Shown: positions 23,901 through 36,656 of the stretch, piece after piece
How the letters are laid out: every line of letters begins with the position of its first letter
Position numbering within the stretch: position 1 is the first letter of the stretch
Assembly (NCBI GenBank): GCA_964187785.1
Contig: OZ076421.1
Span: forward strand, 8,990,001 to 9,054,000
Direction of reading: 5' to 3'
Origin: Amphiscolops sp. MND2022
Lineage: Eukaryota
Length of the DNA: 64,000 bases
The notes under the pieces: model-generated
The model's database searches: none
Seen by the model: the letters and a program-made list of their open reading frames with translations, nothing else
Told to the model about the DNA's origin: nothing
Position numbers and translations under genes: made by a program

Positions 23901-25289
23901 GTGTTTCTTATCCAACTTGATAATTGTTTTCATTTGCTCATTTTGTTTTAGATCTCAGGGATGGACGATTTGCTTCTTCGGGACAAGGTGTTCGTTGTTC
24001 GTCTGTTTGTAACCCGGAACATACTCAGTCAGTGTAAGTATTCTCTTCCTATACTCTAGTTTCTATTCTCTTTTTGCCTGTTAAACTGTTTTCCACTCCT
24101 AACCGCTCCTTGTTCATGAATCGCCAATTCATTTTTCGTTTTCTGTTTTAGACAACTCAACACTTGGTGAGGTGTTCAATTCGAAATCTGGAGGCTTCAG
24201 ACTTTACAACCAGTATTGTTTGTTTGTTTACACACAACTCCAGAAAATTTTGCCTGATTCTCATCTCGAGCCATTTTCCGATTGGGACGGTTACATGAGC
24301 ACTAACATGGACGAACCCACATTGCCCTTCAAATCAGTAGATGATGTCTTGCTCGATCATGATCTGTCAGATTTGCTCAAGACAAGCAAGGTTTCAACCC
24401 CTCGTCTGCTTGTGAGCCAGAATATCTCGTTCTACAAGTACTTCATCATGTTATTGCTGAAGAACGACATTGCTACTTCCGCTTTCGTACGGGGTCTTTC
24501 TGCCTTTGATGAGCCTGTAGTCAGAGTGGGTCGTGATGCAGATTACACCGAAGCCATTCAACTCCTCTCGGGATATTTTGTCCAGCAAAAATGGATTGCC
24601 TCTAGTGTGAAAGCTGTCATCGTCAGCGAGTACTGTTCACTCGTAACTAAACTGCGCTCTCACAAACTCCCTGCCGCCAAAGATTAAGTAGAGACATTTT
24701 CTTGCCATTACGGGTTACAGAGACGGGCTGAACTGTTCGACCTGTTCAAAGTTTGTTGTGAAGCGCTTCGTGGGCCTTGTCCTGATCCGCCTCCGTTAAC
24801 CGTATCTATTCCTGGATTATGATCTGATGCATTCGAGTTTTCCTCCTGTGTCAGAAGTTTGCAGTGTTCCTTGGCTTCCATCCAGAAGTGTGAGAGTTTG
24901 TTTTTGTCTCCAACCGCTTTACCCCGTGCCTTTGAGCTTGTGGAGAGAGAGCCAGGACTTATCCTCAAACGACATTTTCTGTGTGGAATCTCTTATCTTC
25001 CACTCATTTCCTTAAAACTGGCTTGTTGGCATCCCTGGAGGGATATTATGCAAAAAGTGGTTCAGTGGAGGCAAAGGGATGGATTGCAACTGACGACAGC
25101 TCCAGCTTTTCCCCTGGGTACGTTTCAAGTACGGGCAGTACCCCAGTAAAGTCAGTTGCGGAGAGAAAGATTGACTCGACCCCTGTTGTGAGTCCTGTGG
25201 TTCAGCGCCTGACTGAAGTCCCGGTTATCCCTGATCACGTGGTTTCGAGTTCAAAACAGAAGAAAAAGAGTAGTGCTAGTGTCCTCTAG
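20930..25289 (+). pseudogene. Spliced gene with a BED/C2H2-like zinc finger; possibly a hAT-like DNA transposase
   Basis: Acidic/basic low-complexity N-terminus, then KYRCRV*LVELSLMTKGPLEILQHYRTDAH (C-x2-C-x16-H-x5-H, with the second Cys mutated to a stop). Several GTAAG/GTTTGT...AG introns and helical C-terminal exons (24172-24960). No catalytic triad could be assigned. Confidence 0.4.
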
Positions 25290-25956
25290 AAAAGAACTCA
25301 TCTGTTCCCGCAAAGGACGGTTTTCTGATTTGTATTTAAGTACTTTTTGTTTGTATTTATTATTTCATTTTAAAAGAAAAGAAGAAGATGAGAAGTATGA
25401 GGATTTGAGATTTGTTAGTCTTTGTTTTTAATATCTGTATGAGTCTGAAAAATTGAGGTTTGGGTTAGGTCGTAAATTGTATTTTTCACCACGTGTATTG
25501 ATAGGGGTTTTTCTTTTTTGAACCACATCATTTTTTTGATTTTCATCTGTATTTCCTGGGGATTCTCCTGCATCAATAGTAGGGTTAGGTTGTAAGTCTT
25601 GTTGATTATCAATTTCATCAATTTCATTTCCTGCATTTTCGGTTGGGGCTTCTACATTAGGAACGGTGGTTTGTTCTACCGGGGCTCCCCCACTGTTTTT
25701 TTGAAAATTCGAGGGAGGGTGGGCGGTTTATCGGTACATATTCTTGTATGTCATCTTGTTCGTTTTCTGGGAGTTCTGTGTCAAATGGATCTGTACCAAA
25801 GTTTGTACCCCATGTTTGTATCTCCCATGTGTGGGCATACAGATCATCGTGGGTCACTATTATGTTGTCATCTTTTTGCCAATCTGTTTCTCTGACAAAA
25901 TTATCTGCTAGTGGTGCACTAGGTGTAGATTTTCTCAAACGTATTCGGTGTAACAG

Positions 25957-27390
25957 TTATGTTTTGCTTGTCTCTAGCCTTCGTACAATGTAATTATTGT
26001 TAGTTAGGACTTTTTCGACTTTGTAGGGACCTATCCAACGGAATTCTCGGAACGGAATTTTTGTTGCTTGTGTGTCTGCTTTCGTGTTCAGTATGTAGCA
26101 ATAGTCTGTTGTTGTAGTAAGCAGTGCTTTTGCCTTGCGGTCAGAGTATGCTTTATTATTTAAGTATGACTGCATGATATTCTTTTTAGTTTGGTTATTG
26201 AGTATCTCCATTCTGCGTTGTATTTCTTCTGCAATGTAAGTCTGTGGAGTATACCGTGGGTTAGGAGTATAGCCTAGCTTGTAGTCTAGAATGTTATGTG
26301 GTATCCTGCCGTGGAAAACACGGGTGGGTTCACATGCTAAGCTGGCAAGATACGTTGTGTTGTGGTTTAAGACAGCCAGTGGTAGCAATTTGTGCCAATT
26401 ATTGCGAAATTCACCTGTAGCTGCTTTCAAATGTGTTTTTACTGAAGCATGAGTGCGTTCTAGCATGCCGATTGCTTGTGCATGTTTTGTCGAAGCATGT
26501 TTTAGTTGAACTCCAAGCACTGCTGCTACGTCTCGGGTGATTTGTGAGTTGAATTGAGTGTCCGTGTCAGGTATTATGGTCGTTGGTAGGTATGTGTGTT
26601 TGCACAAAATGTCCATAATGACTCTTGCGACTGTAGGGGCTGTAATTCGAGTTGTTGGATAAGCAAATAAATATCTTGAGAAGACATCAATTGCTGTTAT
26701 GATGTTATCAAAACCTACACTTGGTGGGAGATTAGGTAAGATGTCCATTTGAAGTACATCTTCTGGACCAATGTCCCATTCTGGGTAATTAAGAAGTTCT
26801 GTTTTCAGTAAATCATTATTGATTCTTTTGTTTTGAATGCACATCTGACAATTTTGTACCCAATTTTTGATGTGCTTTGCTAAGCATCGGTAATAGTATT
26901 TCTGTTGCGCTTCTTGTATCATTTTTGTTATTCCAGGGTGTTTTGCATTGTGTCCATGCAATGCCTGTAGAAATTCTTCGAGAAGCTGTTTCGGTAGGAG
27001 TATTTGGTAGTGTGAAATTTGTCCAATCTCATTATAGTATTTTCCCTTCTCGGCTATGCCAGAGGGTTGAATGTTAACCTCGATAGCTTTTGTTTGTATC
27101 TCGTTGCGTAAGTTCATTTTCAAGTTTTCTGTCGGGTTGATTTCTGTTCGCGACAAGAAGTCTGCAGCCGTGTTCATTGCTCCTGCTACGTGTGCTATGA
27201 CGGAATTATACTGCAAAACGTAGTCGCATGCATTCCATGGTGCTGGAGGAATGATTTTTGTTTGTAAAAATCTCGTGACTGCTCGGTTGTCAATAAAAAC
27301 AAGTACGGGAAAAGTACTTACATACATTAGGTGTCCAAATTCTGAGAATGCGAAGAAGTTGGCTAAAAACTCTTTAGAATACATTGACAT
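25957..27390 (-). pseudogene. pol: Gypsy RNase H C-terminus and integrase
   Basis: RNase H motifs IDNRAV and NTAADFLSR; HHCC finger HGHNAKH...CQMC; catalytic MDILP / IDVFSRY / ERTHASVK; GPY motif WIGPYKV. Confidence 0.9.
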
Positions 27391-27449
27391 TTTTAATTGG
27401 GTTGGGTTGAAAGTTTTTGAGCCAAATGCAATTGGGGCATATATTTTGC

Positions 27450-28247
27450 GTTTTGATTGTAGATTTTGTTGAGGGTCGTCTTAAATCATAATCGCATGTC
27501 CTGCAGCTGTGAAACTTGCATGTGAGATGACGATTAGTTGTTTGTCTTTAAGTGGTTGTTTGAGTGCCATTTGGCAAGATTGGAGGAGGAGGTTGTTCAA
27601 CTGTTCAAAATTGCTTGTAAGTTCGTAGGAATTGTAGAATTGTTGGTTTCCTTCAGTAGTTTGAAGTAAGGGGTGAGTCTTTCCGAAAGGCGTGGTATAT
27701 AATGCTGTAATAATTCAGAAAACCAATATACCTTTGAAGGCATTTTTTGGATTTTGGGAATTTAGGTTTCGCTAAGAAATCTTTGACTTTGTCTACTTGG
27801 GGAGAGACTCCTTCAGGTGTAATCGTTCTTCCCAGGAAGTCGAATTGTTTCACTCCAAAATGGCATTTTGAAATTGACAATTTCAGACCTGCGTTCCGTA
27901 TACATTCGAAGACTGCTCGGATATTTATACACAGCTGTGTCACTGTGTTTGCTGCAATTCCGATGTCATCGACTTATTTGTTCTGCTTTGATGAGGGTGT
28001 CTAAGTATTCTCGTATAAAACTGGAGAATGCTGATAGTGATCGGCTAAGGCCTTGTGCTAAACGCCGATACGCAAAGGTTCGGCTAGCCAAGGTAAAGGC
28101 CAACATTTGGATTGATTGGTAATCTGCCATCTGAAGGCAATGATACGCTTGTGAACAGTCAAGTTTACAGAAAACTTTCTTTTCTGCCATAAGTTGGGCT
28201 GCATCGGAAGGTGTACTGACTGGGTGGTTGTTGTTTACGTAGTCTTC
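27450..28247 (-). pseudogene. pol: Gypsy reverse transcriptase, downstream half
   Basis: KLDCSQAYH, YRRLAQGL, DDIGIAAN, KCHFGVKQFDFLG, LQRYIGFLNYY. Confidence 0.9.
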
Positions 28248-28272
28248 GGAGATGTTACGATCAGGATTTAGT

Positions 28273-30492
28273 CTATCGCGCAGTATTTCTCGCAAAATGA
28301 ATTTTACCTGAGTCAATCGCTTGAACAACGTAAGATGGACTACAATCATCGTATCCTAAAAACTTACATTTGACACCTCTAGGTTCTAGTTTACTTCGTT
28401 GCTGTTTTCGTTTCTGCATGAACACTGTGCATCCAAATACCCGAAGTTTTGTCAAGTCAGGTTTTTTACCAAAAAACAGTTCAAATAGAGATTTTTTAGT
28501 TTTCTCGTTCGTTATGCGATTCAAAGTGTAATTCGCTGTTGCCATCGCTCGAATCCAGTACATTTTAGAAAGCTTGCCTTCTATCAAGTTACATCTAGTC
28601 ATCTCTGCTAGCGTTCTATTGTATCTTTCAGCTACTCCATTTTGTTGCGGTGTCTCTGGAACTGTAAATTCCCGCTTTATCTTATTCTCGACGCAAAATT
28701 TTTCAAAACTTTGACTTTTATATTCTTTTGCGTTATCGCTACGCAGTTTTTCGGGTACGCCTTCTTCCGCTACATACTGTTTTAGTTTTTCAAGTGCCTC
28801 AGACTTGAATTTCATGAATTTCACAACTGCGTATTTCGTATACTCGTCAATAAAAGTGATAGCGTATCGATAACCATTGATACTTGCGGGTTCAATTGGC
28901 CCCATTATGTCAGTATACACTCTTTCTAACTTTTTGCTAGCCTTCGAACCTGCTTCACGAGGTACTGGCCTCTCGTGAATCTTACTAAGTGCACACGTTT
29001 CGCAAAAGAACTCACACTTCTTCAAACTAGGAACCGTGAGTCTTGTACTTCGCTCATTTGCATGACCTAATCTTTTGTGCCATGTTTCCAAGTCAGTCAT
29101 TTTCTTTGCATGCGTAGCAAAACTCAAAGGTTTTTCAACTAGTTTCATTTGGATAGTATAAAGACTTCCTTCTCTATCAATTCTGTAGTTTGCACCTTTT
29201 TCAGTTTTCAATTGCGAACAGTTGGAGCTGAACTCGACTCTGTGTCCTTTTTCGACTAATTTTGACACTGAAACTAAGTTTGTTTCATAGCTTGGTACGA
29301 AAAGTACATCCCTCATTATTAACGTGTCTGTACTTCCATTTTCATTACGAAGTTCGACTTCAACGTCTCCAATACCTTCAATTTTGCAAAAACTTCCATC
29401 CGGATTTTTTACGCTAGACGTTATCTCTCTGAGGTTTTGGAAAAATTTTCGGTCTGTCAGAATGTGATCTGTGCATCCTGAGTCAATTAAAACTTTGTCC
29501 TTACTCACTACTTTGCTCCCTGAACTCAGGTGAACTGAATGTAGACTTTGAGAGTTGGGCATTTGTACGGCAGTTTTCTCAGTACTTTGACTCCTACAAG
29601 TAACGTCTAAATGTCCTTTTTTACCACATTTTCGACATTCTGCGTTGTTTCTCAAAAAACAATTTTTGGCTATATGACCTACTTTACCACAGCAATAACA
29701 ACTCAATCGCTTGCTTTCCTCGGCCTTTTCTTTATTTTTATAACTAAAACTTTTTGACTTACTGCTACTCTTCTCGAACTTCCCCCTTGACGGCATTGCC
29801 ACATGCTGATTTTGCTGCTCTTCTTCGCCATTGCGTTGCTTGCGGCTTTCTTCGAAGTTTGTCAATCTCGATCTCAACTCAGTGAAGTTGGCGGATGGAT
29901 TGAAACTTTCCTGCACCACAAAATTCTCGAATCTCTCAGGTAGTCCATTGAGAACCAACGCCATGAATATCGTCTCCGAAATGCGTTCACCTGCATCACT
30001 CAGCCTTGTCATCAATTCTTGTGCTCTGATGAAATACCCGTGCAGTGCCTCGTCTGGTTTCAGTCGCATTCTTGCAATTTGAGATACAAGAGCCACAACT
30101 GTTGGTGATTCTTCACTTCTGAATCTTTCCTTCAAAAGATTCCATGCTCTGGTTCCGTCACCAAGGCCATCTTTTCCAACACAATCATGTCGTATCAGCA
30201 TTAGACTTGTCGAATCAAGTGTCAGAGCCAGCATACACCACAGTGTGTTTTTGTCATCTCGGAATTTCTTCTTATTGTTTTCAAACTCCTCTGTTGCAAC
30301 TCTATGAGCTTCTCTCTGCTCATTCGTCGGAGCGTCTCCTAAAGCTGCGGGTTCAACGGGTTCCACTGCTGTGCCAGCCAGTGTTTCGAAAAGATTTTTC
30401 GTTTGAATATAGGCGATGAACCTGGTACTCCATGTTGCGAAATCTTCTTGTTTTCCAGAGAAACAGAGCCATTTCATTGTTGCACTGTCCAT
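28273..30492 (-). CDS. gag-pol: Copia Gag-protease-integrase polyprotein (739 aa, intact, no RT)
   Basis: Two CCHC knuckles (CYCCGKVGHIAKNC, CRKCGKKGHLDVTC), protease LIDSGCTDH, pre-integrase WHKRLGH...CETC, and integrase TDIMGP / IDEYT / RSDNAKEY / NGVAERYNRTL. The stop codon falls inside the LTR remnant. Confidence 0.93.
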   Translation of the reverse strand: MDSATMKWLCFSGKQEDFATWSTRFIAYIQTKNLFETLAGTAVEPVEPAALGDAPTNEQREAHRVATEEFENNKKKFRDDKNTLWCMLALTLDSTSLMLIRHDCVGKDGLGDGTRAWNLLKERFRSEESPTVVALVSQIARMRLKPDEALHGYFIRAQELMTRLSDAGERISETIFMALVLNGLPERFENFVVQESFNPSANFTELRSRLTNFEESRKQRNGEEEQQNQHVAMPSRGKFEKSSSKSKSFSYKNKEKAEESKRLSCYCCGKVGHIAKNCFLRNNAECRKCGKKGHLDVTCRSQSTEKTAVQMPNSQSLHSVHLSSGSKVVSKDKVLIDSGCTDHILTDRKFFQNLREITSSVKNPDGSFCKIEGIGDVEVELRNENGSTDTLIMRDVLFVPSYETNLVSVSKLVEKGHRVEFSSNCSQLKTEKGANYRIDREGSLYTIQMKLVEKPLSFATHAKKMTDLETWHKRLGHANERSTRLTVPSLKKCEFFCETCALSKIHERPVPREAGSKASKKLERVYTDIMGPIEPASINGYRYAITFIDEYTKYAVVKFMKFKSEALEKLKQYVAEEGVPEKLRSDNAKEYKSQSFEKFCVENKIKREFTVPETPQQNGVAERYNRTLAEMTRCNLIEGKLSKMYWIRAMATANYTLNRITNEKTKKSLFELFFGKKPDLTKLRVFGCTVFMQKRKQQRSKLEPRGVKCKFLGYDDCSPSYVVQAIDSGKIHFARNTAR

Positions 30493-30610
30493 TTCGACAC
30501 AGGAAAACGTTCTTTATAGAGGCTTCTTTCTGTTGAAAACAATTTTTCAATCGGCAGTTGAATGAGATGAGCGCGCTTCTGTACGAGAGTTGTCTCTGTT
30601 CAATTCACTC

Positions 30611-30624
30611 TGGGCAACATAACC
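30611..30624 (-). promoter_or_regulatory. Copia primer-binding site
   Basis: GGTTATGTTGCCCA directly after the 5' LTR, resembling the GGTTATGGGCCCA PBS typical of many animal Copia elements. Confidence 0.8.
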
Positions 30625-30935
30625 TGTTACGATCAGGATTTAGTCTATCGCGCAGTATTTCGCGTAGCGTGATGAAAACAGAGATTAGTTAATAGTCAAC
30701 TGAATATTAGAATCACAAATCCGGGGTAATGAATTTATCTCAACTCTGGTCGATAATAATTACAAACAAATACTTGACAGGACAATTAAATAGTTATAGG
30801 AAGCACGTGTTTATTAGCAAAGTTTACTCATCAACAGGTCAATAAGTTTTCACGCCTGCTTTGCTAGTTTATAGTTCAGTGATCTGTTTACATCTCGGGC
30901 AATCATCTATGTTCTTTTAGGTCATCACCTTAACA
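30625..30935 (-). repeat. Copia 5' LTR (311 bp)
   Basis: TGTTA...TAACA termini; the first 37 bp (+ strand) are identical to 28253-28289. Confidence 0.93.
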
Positions 30936-30940
30936 GGAGA

Positions 30941-32616
30941 TGACACTATTCATTTTGCGCAAGTCGACTAAGAGTCGCAATCGACCATTAGGTTTTCGTT
31001 GCGCAAAAACGGGACTTGTGTATTTAGAGAAAGGTAGAGTTGTTATTATACCATACTTGTGAAGTAGGGCAAGTTCTGCCATGATGTCGTCTTTTAGGTT
31101 GATTATTGTTGGAAGGTTTTGGCTATCTGCTGGTCGGTCATCGTTTGGTGTGAGTTTGACTTTGAATTCTCTATTTGTTCCAACGTCAAACCTGTGTCGG
31201 GCGAAAATATCGTGAAATTCAACCAGCAGTTTTCCCACTTTTTGTCGTTCAAAATGTGTGAGTGTTGTGTCATTCCAATCAAAACTGTCAAGAAATGTCT
31301 TACGTGATTTTTCGTCGTCTTGTGGGTTGAGTTTTTTTAGTGTTTGAAGTTCCACTAGTTCATCGAATATTCGTTTCTGAATGGGTGTGTATGTTGTGGG
31401 GTCTCCGGGTTGTTCCGGTGTTTGAAACCAGTTTTGTTCTGTTTTGTCTTCTTTGTTGTTTACTTTCAGAAGTTCATTGAGGTATACATCCGTAACTTCA
31501 GTATGTTGGTGCATGATGAATGTTAGCATTGAAGGATTGATTGGTTTGATATATTTTAACTGTTCTGGGGTTAAAACTCGAAAGTCTGCTAGGTGTGTGT
31601 CTGTTGTGATTGTATAGTGTAGTTCTGAGAATTTACAGATCTGGTATCATACTGCGTTATTGTTGACTGTGCAGAAGGAAGATACAAGGAAAAGTGTGTC
31701 GTGATCTTCAAGATGCGTAGATGGCGTTACTATGCCTGTTGCATCATGATCAATTATGTGTGGCATTCTGCTTGCAATGAGCATCGTTTCACCCGGTTGC
31801 AGTGTTTATGTTGCTTCTGCAAGTAGTGGTGTTGATTGTCGTGTTGGAAGATTGTGTTCTGGTTTCCGAAACCAGAACACAATCTTCCAACACGACAATC
31901 AACACCACTACTTGCAGAAGCAACATAAATGCGAGTCAATTGCAACTACTTGAGTCAATTGCATTGATAAATGAGGAAAAATTAATACTCATCGTCGGAT
32001 GTCGAAAATGGCATTGTTCCTTTTTGGGAAACAAAGTCCAATTAGGAGATTCGGTAAGACTTTCATGACAATGAAATTTTTTTTCGAACATAAAATCTGC
32101 CACTTCAAATGTTAGGCAGACTGTTCCAATTGGTGTTTCCAATTGTCCGTTTGCTACCCTTATTTGAAAATTGGGTGCGGGACCTGTGTCTGTTATTGCT
32201 TCTGGTGCAAGGAGTTTAATTTTATTTAGATCTTGTTCCGATATTGCGCTCGTGAGAGCTCCTGTATCGATTAGACCGTCAAGTGTAAGCTTTTCAAAAT
32301 CCATCGGAAAGTAAAACGACGTCAAGTTGGTTGATAGAAGAAGCATTGGTATATCTGTTTCTTTATTAATCCTAAGATGATTTTGAATTTCATCATCTAT
32401 GAGGGGTAGTTTTTGTGTTGATGCAGGTTCAGTTGGTCTTTCCGATGAGTCTTGTGTTTGGAGAGGTTCAAAGTTGTTTTTCGGAAGAGGTTTTGGCAAT
32501 TTTTGTGGTGAGGTTTCGTGTTCGGATTCACACAGATTTTGTGGTCTTTTTCCGTTACTTTTGTCAAGGTTTGTGGTTATGTATCTGTCAGAGTCGTCTC
32601 TGTATATTTCATACAA
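30941..32616 (-). pseudogene. pol: Gypsy protease and RT upstream half
   Basis: Protease LIDTGAL; RT N-terminal SPVFAQRKPNGRLRLLVDLRK; frameshifted. Confidence 0.88.
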
Positions 32617-32687
32617 ATCGTTCTCTGATTCGTTTTGTTGAGTTTCGTGAGTCTCAGAGTCGGTGTGTTGTGTGAAAGTGTTTGTTT

Positions 32688-34410
32688 TTATTGAATGAGG
32701 AGTTGGATGCTGCCAGTCATCTTTCTTCTCTGGTTTTGTGGGGCGTGGCTTTTTAAGTTTAACACCTTCGATGATGAAGGTTGTTGATGACGGGGTGCTT
32801 TCGGGTTAATATGTTTGTTGGAGTTTTTGTAATTTTCAATGAGTTTTTTCTGTGCTTCAGTTAGTGTCCACTTTGGGGGGTGGATTTCCAGATTTGCTCC
32901 AAAGTAGCATGTTTCTTCCTCATGTCCTGGTGCGTTACAATGCGTACAGCGCATGGCCTCTGGGTCTTCTTCCAGCTTACGACGTTTTGTTAGTTTAGCG
33001 CTGTCTGCTGCCTTGTGCCCCGTGTTTTTACAAAAAGGACATTGGTCATCTTGCAATGTATTGTTTGGCACTGTTTTTGATATTTGTCGCTTCTTTTTTG
33101 TTGTTGCAGCTTTCTGCTGTGTTGGTTTGTCTTCTGCTTGTTTGTTTATTAACGCCATTTGCGTTTTAACGCAAGTGTCTTCTGATTCAAGTCCGTTTAA
33201 TTCCATCTCACGTTCGAGATGTCGGACTTTTTGCTCGTATGTTCCTTTCTCGAGGTAAGCTTGATCAATAGAACGTTTCAAGTGTGGTGGCATTTCTGCA
33301 TATAATAGGCTTTCTATCATTTGTAATGCAATGTCACCGAAGGCTTTTTCTGCGCTTTCTTGTAATTCTTCTGAAAAATCTGGTAGTTCCTGGAGTTCCG
33401 GGTCAAAAACCAAGCAATGGAATCTATGTTTTGCGGACACACTAGATTCGGGCTTGACATATTTTCAACGGAACATTACCAAAATGTCTTCAAGCGTAGT
33501 TGTTGGTGTTCGTTGGATGTTTTTGAATGTTTTCAATGCTAATCCACGCAAATGTGCTTGAAAATGATTTATTTTCATTTCCTCAGTTAATGCGGGTTGC
33601 ATTCTGAGTGTTGTGTGGAAAAGATTTTCAAAATATTCAAATTTCTCGTTCTTTTCCAATTTACCATTAAATGTGAGTGTTTTTTCGGATGAAAGAGTGA
33701 TGGTTGTGAATGACGACTCGCTAATTTCTCAGTAGCCATTGGTATTTGATTAACGGGGTCCTGCTGAATGTTGACTGGTTCAGCAATCAGATGTTCATTG
33801 TGTGTTGTTGTTGTGTTGTGAAGTGGTTTGGTAGCTCCTGTCACCATGTGATAATCCTCTCCTGTGCGGTCCTCATTTATGATCACAGAGTCATTTAAAT
33901 TGATGTTTTGCATACTCAGGGGTTGTATTGGTGTTCTAAGTTCATTCATATTAGATGTCCTGAAAGGATTATCCTGTATTTCATATTCCTGATTTTCTGG
34001 CTCAGATGGGTTTTCTTCACCGTCCACGTTATCTATGTATCTTGAAGTCCCTGCTCTGGGAGTGTATTGTTCTTGACAGCTCCTGCTTGGTACGGATTGT
34101 GTTCTTCTGCTATTTTCATCTCTTTCAGCATTTTTTCTAGTTTCTCGTCCATTTCTTTCCTTAAGTTTGCAACTTCTTTATTTGTCTCATCAGATATTCT
34201 TTGGGTCCAGATTTGCATTTCATTTTCATTCTGCGTACCGCTATCTAATACTGCGCCATCGTTCCTAACTGAACTAACACTTCCAAAGTTACTCAAAGTC
34301 TCAATAACAGTTTCATTACCTTGTGATGTTTCGATTTCGGATGTGCTCAATTCTCTCTCAAGTGACGGTGATTGTCCTCGTCTAGATCTTCTATTTCTTT
34401 TGTTACCCAT
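32688..34410 (-). pseudogene. gag: Gypsy gag, frameshifted
   Basis: Starts MGNKRNRRSRR; capsid-like FENLFHTTLRMQP...LVFDP...MPPHLKR; knuckles CPFCKNTGH and CTHCNAPGHEEETC. Confidence 0.85.
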
Positions 34411-36656
34411 TTTAGTAAGGTTAAAATGCTGTTTTGGAGAGAAGAATTTTAATTAGAATGATGAGCAAAGTAAAACGGAGTTGAAACGAAGTTGAAGAAA
34501 ATGTACATAATGTTACGTTATCAGAGTTAAAACAAAGGTTGAGAGGGTGAAAAGAAAGGTCTGCTCGGTATGAAAGTTTTTGTTGACTGAATAATGTTGG
34601 GTTTTTACTCTCCTTTTTGATTTGGGCTAAATTTAGCAGCACGACAACCAATTTTTGGAATGTCACTGTTACATCATGATTATGTAATTACTAAAATAGT
34701 ACTTAGTTTGATATAAAAATAGGTTTGTAAGTAACATCACTTCTATAAATAGATTCCTGCATAACGAATATTTTCCTGCGTCTTGATTGGTCATCACACT
34801 AACTGTACTAATCCCTTCATCGAAAAAGTGACATCACGTGGTATGACTCATATGTAGTACAAGTATTAATTACAACATATTACTGCATGCATGATCAGAT
34901 TGTTATGATGAAGCATACTCTCAAATGCCATGATTAAGAATATTGAAAATGTGAAATTGTACTGCAATATGCTGCAAACTTAGTACAGCAATTCAATTCA
35001 AATACTCAAGTCAGAATGCGTTATTGTTACATAGAATCCACGTATAATTTTTTCTTTTCAGAAGAATTCGCCATAAACAGTATAATGCGTCAAATAAGTT
35101 AACACCATGTAACATCTGGTAAATCATTTATGAAGAGTATTGTTTTACAAATATGGCTAGCAACAAAAACAAACAAATTCAGGCATAGCTGATAATCAAA
35201 AGTTATGTATAAATCCATACAATATAAGTTTCATGAAGCGATGAGTTTTCTCTGAACTCACTGCAGATGGGTGAGTCATTTGCCTTCAATGCTGCACCGC
35301 GGATCCAACGCAAACTCTAGGGTGCGACACCATTGTCTGATTTTATGACTTGCCCGATGTCCCTGTGCTCCGTCTACATTAACCTTTATCCTATGTATAC
35401 TATGCTGACGACCATGTACAGGTGTTGTCATGACGTAGTTTCAAGGAAGAGAAAACAAAGTTGAGGAAACTCGACACTCTTCTCGTAATATGTCGAAACG
35501 GGATAATAAAAAATTGTCATGTCACTAGAAAAGACTTTCCCTTTGTTCTTAATTGAATCTAGTAGACACCATTTTCTCAAAACTTCCGCATGCTACAATC
35601 GTTTTCAAGCCCAAGTTTTTCTTTTCTTCTGCAAGGATCAACCTCGGGAAAACTTCTGAGAAAAAACTGCAAACTCCACTTCATCATTGCAGTTGTTTTC
35701 TTTGTGAGCTGATACTTGCCTTTGTTGACAATGTCTTATATTCGCAGTAGATTTTGAGAGTGCTTCTAACCAACTTTATGCTTTCTGTCATCGGAGTTCC
35801 ACGATACTGTTCTAATGGGCATATCAACGCAATAACTGACACTCTAACAATGCTCACATAGACGACATACGAACACAAACCACCCAGTCCAGAAATCAAA
35901 CTTCAAGAAAAAAACGAAAGATACTCACTGCTTTGAAAAAAAATCTGCAAGGGACTAAAATTAGCTCAAATCAAATGACAAAGTCAAACACCAAAGTCAT
36001 CAATTCCAAAGTGTTCATAGAACTTCTCCCTGGATACGTTTTGGAAAATCATTGTCCTCTTGCTGTCCTAAAGTTCATCTGTTTGAAATGTACAGACCCA
36101 AAACACTTGAATTCATAGGTAGCAACACACGGCTTCAGTGTTGGCAACCAATCGCAGTCCACCGCTGGTAACGGATGCTCAACCGAAGTTCCACCGGTGA
36201 ACCACGCAGGTGGCGTCTGCCGCTTTTGCTGTGGCCACTGGTAATTACGGTAAACTATCAGTAGCAAGCCCGAACTGGCATCGAGTCACTATCCACCATT
36301 TTTACACTTTAGTTAATATGAACTCAGCAAGTAAGGAAACTATCTTGTCGACAAGAATCTATGAAAAGATGTTATTCCAGAGCATAGTAATATTAGGCTA
36401 CGTTCTTCATCTTTAAATCATTGAAATGGGACAGAACTTTGCAAAAAATTGTCAGGATATATAAAAATCCATTGTTGTATAGTCTCCACTGGCCAATTGA
36501 AGAACAACTGACCGTTTATTGTGCTGCCTAATATCTGTTGGGTTGTTGATCTTATAAGGTTGAAGATAAACATAAGAAGGTACTCACTTTTAAACGAGAA
36601 CCGTTGTCTAAGATGAGATCGATCTTCTTTTAGGTAATTAGCAAAAATCTCAGAAA

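Larger units (their letters stand above)
28253..30935 (-). mobile_element. Copia/Ty1 LTR retrotransposon lacking RT/RNase H, with a 5-bp TSD
   Basis: TSD GGAGA at 28248-28252 and 30936-30940. Removing the element restores the Gypsy RT (DLRKMNSVIS|EDYVNNNHPVS). The 5' LTR is 30625-30935 and a 37-bp 3' LTR remnant is at 28253-28289. Confidence 0.95.
25415..34660 (-). mobile_element. Near-complete Gypsy retrotransposon internal region (gag-PR-RT-RH-IN), LTRs not evident, interrupted by a Copia
   Basis: Domain order is gag (34410-32690), protease, RT, RNase H, integrase, which is the Gypsy order. A possible PBS TGGTTGTCG lies at ~34642-34650. Confidence 0.9.

Noticed and set aside
34661-35450. 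Expected 5' LTR of the Gypsy at 25415-34660
   Set aside because: It shows no similarity to the family LTR (17865-18270), has no partner copy at the 3' end, and lies ~10 nt from the putative PBS.
35500-36420. Hydrophobic peptide fragments resembling a membrane receptor pseudogene
   Set aside because: The fragments are short and stop-ridden, with no diagnostic motif or consistent exon structure.
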